DNA from: Chitinophagaceae bacterium
GTDB taxonomy: Bacteria; Bacteroidota; Bacteroidia; Chitinophagales; Chitinophagaceae
Direction: 5' to 3'
Length of the DNA: 64,000 bases
Assembly: GCA_947453295.1 (NCBI GenBank)
Contig: CANGGD010000001.1
Coordinates: forward strand, 25,615 to 89,614
Numbering within the stretch: position 1 is the stretch's first letter; the number at the start of each line of letters is the position of its first letter. The notes beneath the pieces are model-generated. The model did no database searches and had not been told where the DNA came from. It saw nothing but the letters and a program-made list of their open reading frames with translations. The position numbers and the translations under genes are program-made. Below, one piece after another: positions 50,560-59,632 of this stretch.

Positions 50560-52479
50560 TTAATTTTGAAATTTGTAATTGGATAAATCTTTTTTAGTAT
50601 TAAAATTAGTAAAAGTATTATTAGTATCAATAAAATATTTATAATCTGGCAATAAGTTTTTAATAATTTTTCTAAATAATTCGGGTTCGTAACAATTTTC
50701 TAGTGTTTTTAATTGCTTTATAATATTTTCTGATTCAGTATGGGGGAATTCTTTTTCAGCACTAATCATGATTTTTTCATTGTGAGTTTCTTTCATCAAC
50801 TCATTTTTGGAAAAAACTTCTTCAAATAATTTTTCTCCAGGTCTTTGACCTATAAATTCAATTTTCATATCCACATCAGGAATATATCCAGCTAAACGAA
50901 TCATATTTTTTGCTAAGTCTACAATTTTTACAGGTTCTCCCATATCAAAAACATAAATTTCGCCACCTTTAGCCATAATAGAAGCCTCTAATACTAGTTG
51001 GCAAGCTTCTGCAATAGTCATGAAGTATCTAATCATTTCTGGATGAGTAACAGTTACGGGCCCTCCATTTTGAATTTGTTTTTTGAAAAGAGGTACAACC
51101 GAACCATTTGAACCAAGTACATTTCCAAATCTTGTTATGACAAATGATGTTTCTTTAGATTTAGCAGAATAGCTTTGAACTAGAATTTCTGCTAGTCTTT
51201 TTGTTGCTCCCATTACGCTTGTTGGATTAACAGCTTTATCAGAAGAAATAAATACAAACTTTTCAGTTTGGTGTTTTAATGCTAATTCTATTAAGTTTAA
51301 GGTGCCGAAAAAATTTGTTTGAACTGCCTCCCAAGGAAATTTTTCCATCAATGGAACATGCTTGTAAGCTGCAGCATGATAAATATAATCAGGTTGAAAT
51401 TCAATGAATAAATTTTCAAGTAACTCTACATTTCTAATATCAGTTATAATAAAGGAACATTTTTGAAATGGATGATTCCTTTTTATCTCTTGTTCAATGT
51501 CATACAAAGCGCTTTCAGAAAAATCTACACAAATTATATTTTCTACTTTGTGTTCACATAATTTTCTAACAATTTCACTTCCTATTGAACCTGCAGCACC
51601 AGTAACCATAGCTGTTTTGCTAGTTAAAATAGCTTCTACATGCTCATCAAATAATTGAATAGGCTTTCTATTCATTAAATCATTGATATCAATATTTGAA
51701 AGTTTATCTAAATTAAAATTGCTCGTAAAAAAAGATTGGATTGAAGTAATTTCTCTGATTTTTATATTATACGGTAAAACAAGTTCAAGAAATGAAGCTT
51801 TTTTTATAGGTGAAATTGTTTTATTGGCAAAAATAATGTCAGTAATTGCATTTTTTTCAATGAGTGAAATGACATTATCCATTGCATCATAAACTTGAAT
51901 GCCACCAATTAATCTTCCTACTTTTTGTTTATCATCGTCTAAAAATGCAATTAATTTATACTCTCCTAGATAGTGGGTAGAAATTGATTTTTTTAAAAAG
52001 ACCCCTAACTCTCCAGCTCCGTATATCAGTAATTTTTTTTGACTTTTTACTTTGTGAGATTTTCTATAATAAAAATATAAATAACTAATGATGAGCCTTG
52101 AACCAATAATATAACAAGCCGTAATAAAAAAACTAATAATGAAAATCTCTGTTTTAAAATTAAATTTATCTGGAAGAAAATATCCAATCACGACAGAAAA
52201 CAGGTGTATTAGAAAAATTATTGTAATAAGGTTCAAATAATCTTTGCTTGTAAAAAATCTAATTACTTTTTTATTTATTTTAAATATTATCCATGCACAT
52301 ATAGCTAATGCAAGGTGAATGATTGAATTATATAGTATTGTTTTTAATGGGAATACATGAATTGATAATAACCTGTAGTATACAAACAATGTAGATAACA
52401 AACCAAACACAATAAGCAACTGGTCGCCAATTAAAACAAATTGGGATGGCCTTAATGATTTAATTTTTGTTATTTTCAT
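50560..52479 (-). CDS. membrane-bound UDP-GlcNAc 4,6-dehydratase (PglF/CapD/WbpM family)
   Basis: Four N-terminal TMs, YGAG..G, TGAAGSIGSE, HAAAYKHVP, SSDKAVNPT.VMGATK, RFGNVLGS.GSV, THP...RYFMT. Confidence 0.93.
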   Translation of the reverse strand: MKITKIKSLRPSQFVLIGDQLLIVFGLLSTLFVYYRLLSIHVFPLKTILYNSIIHLALAICAWIIFKINKKVIRFFTSKDYLNLITIIFLIHLFSVVIGYFLPDKFNFKTEIFIISFFITACYIIGSRLIISYLYFYYRKSHKVKSQKKLLIYGAGELGVFLKKSISTHYLGEYKLIAFLDDDKQKVGRLIGGIQVYDAMDNVISLIEKNAITDIIFANKTISPIKKASFLELVLPYNIKIREITSIQSFFTSNFNLDKLSNIDINDLMNRKPIQLFDEHVEAILTSKTAMVTGAAGSIGSEIVRKLCEHKVENIICVDFSESALYDIEQEIKRNHPFQKCSFIITDIRNVELLENLFIEFQPDYIYHAAAYKHVPLMEKFPWEAVQTNFFGTLNLIELALKHQTEKFVFISSDKAVNPTSVMGATKRLAEILVQSYSAKSKETSFVITRFGNVLGSNGSVVPLFKKQIQNGGPVTVTHPEMIRYFMTIAEACQLVLEASIMAKGGEIYVFDMGEPVKIVDLAKNMIRLAGYIPDVDMKIEFIGQRPGEKLFEEVFSKNELMKETHNEKIMISAEKEFPHTESENIIKQLKTLENCYEPELFRKIIKNLLPDYKYFIDTNNTFTNFNTKKDLSNYKFQN

Positions 52480-52491
52480 AATTTTTAAAAA

Positions 52492-53625
52492 TCACAGATT
52501 CGATAATAAAACTCTAACCTCTTTTATTATAAGTTCTAATGCTTCATCTTTCATATTTGAACCACTAGGAAGACATAATCCGTTGTCAAATAAATAGTCC
52601 GACACCCCATTAATGTATGACTTACAACTTTTGAATACAGGTTGTTGATGTAAAGGTTTCCAAAGTGGCCTAGATTCTATATTTACATTTTCTAGTCCTT
52701 TTCTTACATTCTCGTTAGTATCTTTCTTAAAAACAGTTGGATCAAATACAATTGTAGTTAACCATCTATTTGAAAATGAACCAACTGGTTCCTTTAAAAA
52801 ATACAAACCATTTACATCCTTTAATTCATTTTTATAAACTTCAAATATTTTTCTTCTTTTGTCAATTCTATCATTTAAAACCTCCATCTGTCCTCTTCCT
52901 ATGCCTGCACAAACATTGCTCAATCTATAATTAAACCCAATTTCTTTATGTAAATAATAAGGTGCTGGCTCTTTAGCTTGGGCAGAGAAATGTCTTACTT
53001 TATTAATTATGTCAGAATCATTACTAATTAAAGCACCGCCACCACTTGTTGTAATAATTTTGTTTCCATTGAAACTCAAAATTCCAATTTTACCAATACT
53101 ACCACATTTTTTGTCATCATAAACACTTCCAAGAGCTTCTGCTGCGTCCTCTATAATTGGTATATCGTATTTTGCACATATAGCAACAATCTCATTCATT
53201 TTTGCTGGCATGCCATACAAATGAACAACAATTACAGCAGCAGGCTTTTTACCAATTTTGATATAATCAGTTATAGATTCCTCTAAAAGTAGAGGGTCCA
53301 TATTCCATGTTTCTTTTTCGCTATCAATAAAAACTGGCTGTGCTCCTAAATATTCTATTGGAAAAGCTGAAGCCGCAAATGTAAAACTCTGACAAAGAAC
53401 GATGTCATCCTGTTTAACTCCGCATGTTAATAATGCCAAATGAAGTGCTGCGGTACCTGAACTTAATGAAACCGCTTCCCTTACATTTAAATAATTAGAT
53501 ATTTGATTTTCAAATGCATCAACATTGGGCCCCAATGGAGCAATCCAATTGGTTGCAAATGCTTCATTAACATATTCAATTTCCTTTTCTCCTAAATGTG
53601 GTGACGATAACCAAACTTTGTTCAC
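52492..53625 (-). CDS. DegT/DnrJ PLP-dependent sugar aminotransferase (PglE/EpsN-like)
   Basis: NWIAPLG, SSGTAALHLA, VHLYG, EDAAEALG, SFNGNKIITTSGGG, G.NYRLSN, CLPSG; GTG start. Confidence 0.93.
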   Translation of the reverse strand: MNKVWLSSPHLGEKEIEYVNEAFATNWIAPLGPNVDAFENQISNYLNVREAVSLSSGTAALHLALLTCGVKQDDIVLCQSFTFAASAFPIEYLGAQPVFIDSEKETWNMDPLLLEESITDYIKIGKKPAAVIVVHLYGMPAKMNEIVAICAKYDIPIIEDAAEALGSVYDDKKCGSIGKIGILSFNGNKIITTSGGGALISNDSDIINKVRHFSAQAKEPAPYYLHKEIGFNYRLSNVCAGIGRGQMEVLNDRIDKRRKIFEVYKNELKDVNGLYFLKEPVGSFSNRWLTTIVFDPTVFKKDTNENVRKGLENVNIESRPLWKPLHQQPVFKSCKSYINGVSDYLFDNGLCLPSGSNMKDEALELIIKEVRVLLSNL

Positions 53626-53771
53626 AAGAAAAAGTTGATTTAAAAATGTGAATAATTATTTTTTGTAAGCTAAAAAATTATGTTAAAGGTAACTTTTTTT
53701 GTGCAATTAGACATTATTTTATTGTTATCTATTCTTATTGTATGTTTTTTGTATGCGTTTTTTGTGTAAAA

Positions 53772-54386
53772 TTAAGATCCTTTAAAAGCTTCCATAGTAG
53801 CAGAACCGGCTTGGTTTATACCTTCTGAAACTAAAATCTTTTTTATAGTTAAGAAAAGGATTTTCAAATCAAGAAATAAACTAATGTTTTTTATATACCA
53901 AACATCCAATTCGAATTTTTTTTCCCAGCTAATTGCATTTCTTCCATTAACCTGAGCCCAACCTGTGATTCCTGGCTTTAATAAATGTCTTTTTTTTTGT
54001 TCTTCAGTATATAAGGGCAAATATTCAATTAGTAATGGCCTGGGGCCGATAAGACTCATATTTCCAATAAACACATTAATAAGTTGAGGTATTTCATCTA
54101 AAGAACTCTTTCTAAGTGCTTTTCCAAATTTTGTTAGTCTTTTTTCATCTGGCAATAAATTACCGTTTATATCCTTCTGCTCAGTCATTGTACAAAACTT
54201 AATGAGGTAGAATATTTTTTCATTATACCCAATTCTTTTTTGTACAAAAAATATTTTTTTGTGCCCTGTTAATCTGAGTAATAAAACTATAAAAAAGGAA
54301 ACAGGAATTGCTATTGTCAGCCCCAAAATAGAGGCCAATAAATCGATAAGGCGCTTAATATATTTACTGTAAAAAGTGTTTTTCAT
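53772..54386 (-). CDS. initiating monotopic phosphoglycosyl transferase (PglC/EpsL-like)
   Basis: KR..DL, F.Q.R.G, KF.TM, R.T..G..LRK.SLDE.PQL.NV..G.MS..GPRP, PGITGWAQVNGRN. Confidence 0.93.
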   Translation of the reverse strand: MKNTFYSKYIKRLIDLLASILGLTIAIPVSFFIVLLLRLTGHKKIFFVQKRIGYNEKIFYLIKFCTMTEQKDINGNLLPDEKRLTKFGKALRKSSLDEIPQLINVFIGNMSLIGPRPLLIEYLPLYTEEQKKRHLLKPGITGWAQVNGRNAISWEKKFELDVWYIKNISLFLDLKILFLTIKKILVSEGINQAGSATMEAFKGS

Positions 54387-54407
54387 AAATTTTAAAAAAT
54401 AAAACTC

Positions 54408-55394
54408 TTATTTACTCGATAATAAAAATTGGGTGGTTTCATTCATAGTTTGTGACTCAAATCCGTATTTATTTTTCAACATTTTGTAATGATTAGATAT
54501 ACATTCTAATTCCTGTAAACACCCATTTGGATTATTTCCAAAATTATGTGGATGCCACCACAAATGATAATAATACCCATTTTTTGCGGCAGCACTCATC
54601 TCATTTAATATTCTATTTAGCTTGTAAGTGTTTTGGATTTTAAATTTTGGTTTCCAGGACCTATACAATCTAGTTGCAGGTAATTGAAGGGGTAACTGAC
54701 TTATATTTATTTCTTTCACATTAATTGGCTTCGCTGAAAATAATTTCAGATAAGCATCTCCTGTTCTAAACAACTTTGTTATGAAGTTTGCACTGGTTGC
54801 AGGTTTCCAATACCAAATATCTGGGTTAGTTCTAACTGCAGTAATACCAAAATCTGTACACACGGATAAGTAGTCTGCTGTAAATTGATTTCTAGGAAAA
54901 ACCAATGATTTTATTTCAATATTGTACAATTGGGCTATTTCAACAGCCTTTTTTATATCTTCTCTAAAATGATCTTTTGTTTGCCCTTTTTCCAAACAAA
55001 AATAATGCGCATAGGTATGCGTGCCAATTTCCTGAAATGGGGTTGATTTGATTTGTTGAATTAATTGTGGTGCAAAATGATACGGATCTTCTTCGTCATA
55101 AAAGCCATTTGTATTTATCCATTCGTATGCGGAAATTGATTTATCAATAAATGGAGGTATTTCATTAGGCAAGTTTAGTTCCCATTCTGTTTTATTTTTA
55201 TTAAAAAGCATTCCTACAATTGCCCAAGTAACATGCAATTCAGAAGATTTAAAAATTTCTAGCATTTTGGGTATTGCTGCTCTTGTATTTGAAAAATATA
55301 ATTTTGCAGATTGGTCCAAAATTTTTTTATTTTCCAAGCAACCCCAATGTAATTCGAAATCGAGTGAAATAGAAAAAACCCCTTTACTATGCAT
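54408..55394 (-). CDS. polysaccharide deacetylase family protein (CE4-like)
   Basis: SLDFELHWG, EIGTHTYAH, FPRNQ, HLWWHPHNFG. Confidence 0.85.
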   Translation of the reverse strand: MHSKGVFSISLDFELHWGCLENKKILDQSAKLYFSNTRAAIPKMLEIFKSSELHVTWAIVGMLFNKNKTEWELNLPNEIPPFIDKSISAYEWINTNGFYDEEDPYHFAPQLIQQIKSTPFQEIGTHTYAHYFCLEKGQTKDHFREDIKKAVEIAQLYNIEIKSLVFPRNQFTADYLSVCTDFGITAVRTNPDIWYWKPATSANFITKLFRTGDAYLKLFSAKPINVKEINISQLPLQLPATRLYRSWKPKFKIQNTYKLNRILNEMSAAAKNGYYYHLWWHPHNFGNNPNGCLQELECISNHYKMLKNKYGFESQTMNETTQFLLSSK

Positions 55395-55406
55395 ATTTTG
55401 AAATTT

Positions 55407-56555
55407 TTATTTTACAACTTGCATAAGTTTTTTTGTTTGTTTATCGGAAAAAACTTTGTAGTATATAATGAAAAAAAATGGCATTAATTGAGATTTTTGT
55501 CTCAAGATTATACCCAAATTTCCGCTAACCTGAGCCAAAATAAATGAAGTCAATAAAAAAATGAAAACCATTATTTTAAACAGTCCATTCCAATTTTTAA
55601 ATTGAGTGATTCCTTCTTTAATTATTATAATAAATAATATTAAGCATATAAAGTTTTCAATTGATGCTATAAAACCTAGAGCCCCTAATCCATCATAAAA
55701 TAATGGCCTAAACCAAAAAGTAAACATTTTATAAACGATGTTGTAATTCTGTAAATCAACACCCGATGATGCTTTTCCTAATTCTGATGCTTTATGACTT
55801 AGTGTACTTGAGTTTGTTATATCCAAAGAATCGGTATCTGTAAATTGTAATACACTATCACTTAAATAATAAAATGCACCTAACGACACCAAGATAATTA
55901 ACCATTTAAAGATAGGTTTTATGGTTTTCGAACTTGTTAAAAACAAACCTAAAACAACTGAAATCACAATAGCTAATAATATATGAGGTCTTACCATATA
56001 TACTAAAAATGCGCCTATTGCTAAATGAGAAATTCTTCTATTGAATCTACTCAAACCAAAAGAAAACAGGGCAAGTCCAAATAATATAATACTGCCTTTG
56101 CCGATAGAAGATGACCAGAAATGTAAGTTGGGTAATAACAACAACAATTCTATTGTGGTAAATCCATTTGATAATTTTTGAGTTTGTATATTTTCTGTAG
56201 CAATGATATAAAAAACCAAAACAGCTAAATATCCTATGTAAGAAAATATCAACATTGTGGCGTAAAAACTCAATGATAAAGCATTTGAAAATGGCCATGT
56301 TAAAAACCCAATAAAACTTGTACCTGTATTGAAAAACGAAAGCCACTCGTCTGTATTAGCTGATTTAGAAAAATAAGAAACCGAATCGCTTCTAGAATAA
56401 ATAGTATAAAAAATATAACCTAATGTAATTGCAAAATGTATAAAAAGCAAAACTTTAGTATAGTTTTCATTTAGATGAATGAACCTTGAAGACAATAGCT
56501 TAATTAAATAAGTATTAAACAACAAAATCAAAATAATAACTACTACTATATCCAT
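55407..56555 (-). CDS. Wzy-like polysaccharide polymerase (multi-TM)
   Basis: About 10 TM; DS..Y, P.LHFWSS.IGK, VRPH, NLG...RQK motifs; locus context. Confidence 0.65.
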   Translation of the reverse strand: MDIVVVIILILLFNTYLIKLLSSRFIHLNENYTKVLLFIHFAITLGYIFYTIYSRSDSVSYFSKSANTDEWLSFFNTGTSFIGFLTWPFSNALSLSFYATMLIFSYIGYLAVLVFYIIATENIQTQKLSNGFTTIELLLLLPNLHFWSSSIGKGSIILFGLALFSFGLSRFNRRISHLAIGAFLVYMVRPHILLAIVISVVLGLFLTSSKTIKPIFKWLIILVSLGAFYYLSDSVLQFTDTDSLDITNSSTLSHKASELGKASSGVDLQNYNIVYKMFTFWFRPLFYDGLGALGFIASIENFICLILFIIIIKEGITQFKNWNGLFKIMVFIFLLTSFILAQVSGNLGIILRQKSQLMPFFFIIYYKVFSDKQTKKLMQVVK

Positions 56556-56558
56556 TTC

Positions 56559-57518
56559 TTAAAATATTTCCATTGATCCTATTGAAGGCTGCCAATGATA
56601 AAACTCATTAAAGTTAGTAAGGTTTTCTCTATTTAATTTTCTGAGTGTAATATTAGGTCCTATTTTTATTGGTCCCAAAAAATTAAAAATATTTCTTTTG
56701 GTTGTTTCAGTCAATTTGCATTTAGCAATTGTAATAGCTACTGGCCTAATTTCTTTTTTGATTTTTTTTAAAGCTAATTGTATTTCCAATTCACCTTCAG
56801 GGCTTTCAATCCACAGCTCGCATATTCTTAATTCAATAAATCGGTTTATTTTTTTCAACCTAAATATAAAACCAAATTTTCCCTTTTCTATTACTCCTCC
56901 ATATTTGGCAACTGGACAATCTCTGTATCTCCAATTCAGAAATTTTTTTGTGATTGGAGTAGTGAAATTTATTGTGTCCAATTTAATTTTAAATTCATCA
57001 TTCAATTTTGAAAGCTCATTGCCAAGATCATATTTTGTGATTAATTTTTCGATTCTATTTTCTGAAAAAAACCGAGGAATTAATGAAGCGATACCTATGT
57101 ATAAAGGCATTTTGCCAATAGAATACCAACCCATTTTTAAATATCCAATTAAACTAATTGGGTTGGGTGAGTTAAAAACAAATGAAACCCCTTCTTGCTG
57201 ACACTCTTGAACAGCCCTCATTGTAAGTTTGCTAAATATTCCCTTCCCTTGATAATTTGGATCTGTTGCTGTATCAACAGCTCTTACTGTAATTAACTCC
57301 TCTACGTTATTTGCCCAATTCCAATACATAAAAGCCCTGATTCCTATAATTTTATTTTCTTCAACAGCAAGTAATATTTTAGATTTTCCAAAAGGATTTT
57401 TTATATGCTTCCAAATAAAAAAAGACTCGGACTTTGGCATTAATTTTTCTCCAAGACTACTTTTTAATAACAATACTATCTCTGGTATATCTTGCAAACT
57501 GGCGTCTCTTATTTCCAT
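56559..57518 (-). CDS. GNAT family N-acyltransferase
   Basis: WKH..NP.G.S, RAVDTATDP.YQGKGIF (acetyl-CoA motif A), FN.PN..S..GY.K.GW. Confidence 0.8.
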   Translation of the reverse strand: MEIRDASLQDIPEIVLLLKSSLGEKLMPKSESFFIWKHIKNPFGKSKILLAVEENKIIGIRAFMYWNWANNVEELITVRAVDTATDPNYQGKGIFSKLTMRAVQECQQEGVSFVFNSPNPISLIGYLKMGWYSIGKMPLYIGIASLIPRFFSENRIEKLITKYDLGNELSKLNDEFKIKLDTINFTTPITKKFLNWRYRDCPVAKYGGVIEKGKFGFIFRLKKINRFIELRICELWIESPEGELEIQLALKKIKKEIRPVAITIAKCKLTETTKRNIFNFLGPIKIGPNITLRKLNRENLTNFNEFYHWQPSIGSMEIF

Positions 57519-57523
57519 TGAAT

Positions 57524-58639
57524 TTAATTAGATAAAATATTGTGATATAAATTCTCTGTGTTTTGAACCATACTATTAAGACTAAAACTATTTATAACTC
57601 TTTCTCTTGCAAGTTGACCATAATTTTTTATTTCGTTTGGATTTCTGATTAAATAGTCCAATGGACGAACTAAAGATTCCCAATCTTTTACCTGCTCAGT
57701 AAATCCATCTTTGCCATTTCTAATTACTTCTTTTATTCCTCCAGCTTCAGTACATACTACAGCACAGCCCGTACTCATTGCCTCTAACAATGCGATGGGC
57801 AAACCCTCAAATTCTGATGTCATCATAAATATATCTAATGCAGAAAGCCAGGGTTTAACATTAGGTTGAAGGCCAGGAAAAATAATAAAAGATTCCATTT
57901 GTTCTTTTTTCAGATGTTGCATGATCTCCTCCTTTAAAATTCCATCTCCAATAATACACCCTTTGATAGTAGGATGCTTTTCATGTATCTTTTTAAAGAC
58001 AGTTATCCATTCTTTTAATCTTTTTTGAAATCTAAATACTGCAATTGTTCCAATGAATATGCTACCTTCTTCAATTTGATATTGATTTCTTAAAGATTGT
58101 CTTTCCTCTTTATTTTTAATAAAAGTATCTACGTCTACTCCATTTAAAATAGTCTTTATTTCAATGTTAGGGTGAATGTTTTTTTCAATTGAATCAGCTA
58201 CATCATTTGATACTGCAATAGCAATACTTTGCCAATTGAAAGTGAATTTATTGAGAAGTTTTGTAATTGTATGATATCTTTCTTGTTTGTTGTGTTCTGT
58301 ATAAACAAGTGGAATTCTTAAAAGCTTATGCACAATTCGACCAACAAAGCCTGCCCAAGGTAAATGACAATGTACAATATTAATATTGTTAGCTTTAATA
58401 TATTTTATGATTTTTTTAGCGCAAAGTAAAAGCTCAATATTGTTTTTGGCGGGTATCAATTTAACAACCCCTCCGGCTGATTCAATACCTTCTACCATTT
58501 GGTTTTTCCATGGTAAAAAATAAATGTAGTGAAATTCAAAATCATTTTGATTATGTATTTTCAATGTCTCTTGTAACAACATTTCTGCACCCCCTCTTCC
58601 TAAAGATTTAATGATATGTAACACCTTAATTTTTGCCAT
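57524..58639 (-). CDS. GT4 family glycosyltransferase
   Basis: GRGGAE, HCH, TEHN, NGVD, S..EGLPIALLEAM..G..VV.T..GG..E. Confidence 0.92.
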   Translation of the reverse strand: MAKIKVLHIIKSLGRGGAEMLLQETLKIHNQNDFEFHYIYFLPWKNQMVEGIESAGGVVKLIPAKNNIELLLCAKKIIKYIKANNINIVHCHLPWAGFVGRIVHKLLRIPLVYTEHNKQERYHTITKLLNKFTFNWQSIAIAVSNDVADSIEKNIHPNIEIKTILNGVDVDTFIKNKEERQSLRNQYQIEEGSIFIGTIAVFRFQKRLKEWITVFKKIHEKHPTIKGCIIGDGILKEEIMQHLKKEQMESFIIFPGLQPNVKPWLSALDIFMMTSEFEGLPIALLEAMSTGCAVVCTEAGGIKEVIRNGKDGFTEQVKDWESLVRPLDYLIRNPNEIKNYGQLARERVINSFSLNSMVQNTENLYHNILSN

Positions 58640-58645
58640 AAGCGC

Positions 58646-59608
58646 TTATTGTTGAACAAACCAATCTATAAATTTTTGTATTCCCTCGTGAAAGTTTGTG
58701 ACAGGGTTGTAGGCCAATAAATTTTTTGCTTTGCTTATATCAGAATAAGTGATTGATACATCTCCTGGTTGCTCAGGATAAACTTGAATATTCGCTTTTT
58801 TTTGAAGTACAGATTCTAAAGTTGAAAGCAATTCTTTTAGTGAAATTGTATGGCTATTGCCAAGATTAATTATTTCAAAGTTTGTGCTTGTGTAATGAAG
58901 GGCTCCAACTATTCCATTAACAATATCTTCCACATAAGTATAGTCCCTTCTAGTACTTCCATCTCCAAAAAAATCTATTGGTTCTCCGGAAAGAATTTTT
59001 TTAGTAAATAAATGTATTGCTAAATCTGGACGTTGTCTAGGACCAAAAACTGTAAAAAATCTTACCGCAATAAAACGAATACCATACAAATGACTATACA
59101 CGTGACCCATTAACTCACCAGATATTTTTGTACTGGCATACGGGCTTATTGGATTTAATAACCCATCGCTTTCTTTCCATGGGATATTTTTATTAACTCC
59201 ATATACACTGCTTGATGATGCAAAAACAAATTGTTTTATTCCTTTTCTTCTTGCAAATTCTAATAAATTTTGAGTACCTGCAACGTTTACTTGTTGATAA
59301 GGTATTGGGTTATTTATAGAAGGTCTAACTCCAGCTTTGGCTGCTAAATGAATAATAGCAAAATATTCTGCTTGTAAATGAAGACTAAGAGCAGATTCAT
59401 CACAAATATCCAATTCCAAAAAATTTACATTAGGATGTGATGAATAGGAAGATCTGTTTTTTTCTTTTGTAGATCTTGCATAAAAGGGATCAAAGTTGTC
59501 AATTACAGTCACATAGTAATTAAGTTTCAATAGAAGCTCAACTAAATGACTACCAATAAAACCGGCACCACCAGTAACAATTATATGCTTTTCTGTTTGA
59601 TGATTCAT
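58646..59608 (-). CDS. NAD-dependent nucleotide-sugar epimerase (UDP-glucuronate 4-epimerase-like SDR)
   Basis: TGGAGFIGSH, HLAAKAGVRPS, ASSSSVYG, PISPYASTK, RFFTV.GPRQRPD. Confidence 0.9.
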   Translation of the reverse strand: MNHQTEKHIIVTGGAGFIGSHLVELLLKLNYYVTVIDNFDPFYARSTKEKNRSSYSSHPNVNFLELDICDESALSLHLQAEYFAIIHLAAKAGVRPSINNPIPYQQVNVAGTQNLLEFARRKGIKQFVFASSSSVYGVNKNIPWKESDGLLNPISPYASTKISGELMGHVYSHLYGIRFIAVRFFTVFGPRQRPDLAIHLFTKKILSGEPIDFFGDGSTRRDYTYVEDIVNGIVGALHYTSTNFEIINLGNSHTISLKELLSTLESVLQKKANIQVYPEQPGDVSITYSDISKAKNLLAYNPVTNFHEGIQKFIDWFVQQ

Positions 59609-59632
59609 TAATACAAAACAATCAATTAATTA

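Noticed and set aside
53626-53771. Possible pglD pseudogene remnant in the gap between the PGT and aminotransferase genes
   Set aside because: Reading the minus strand shows no hexapeptide-repeat or GNPA-like remnant, only short CAAAAAAC/CATACAA repeats.
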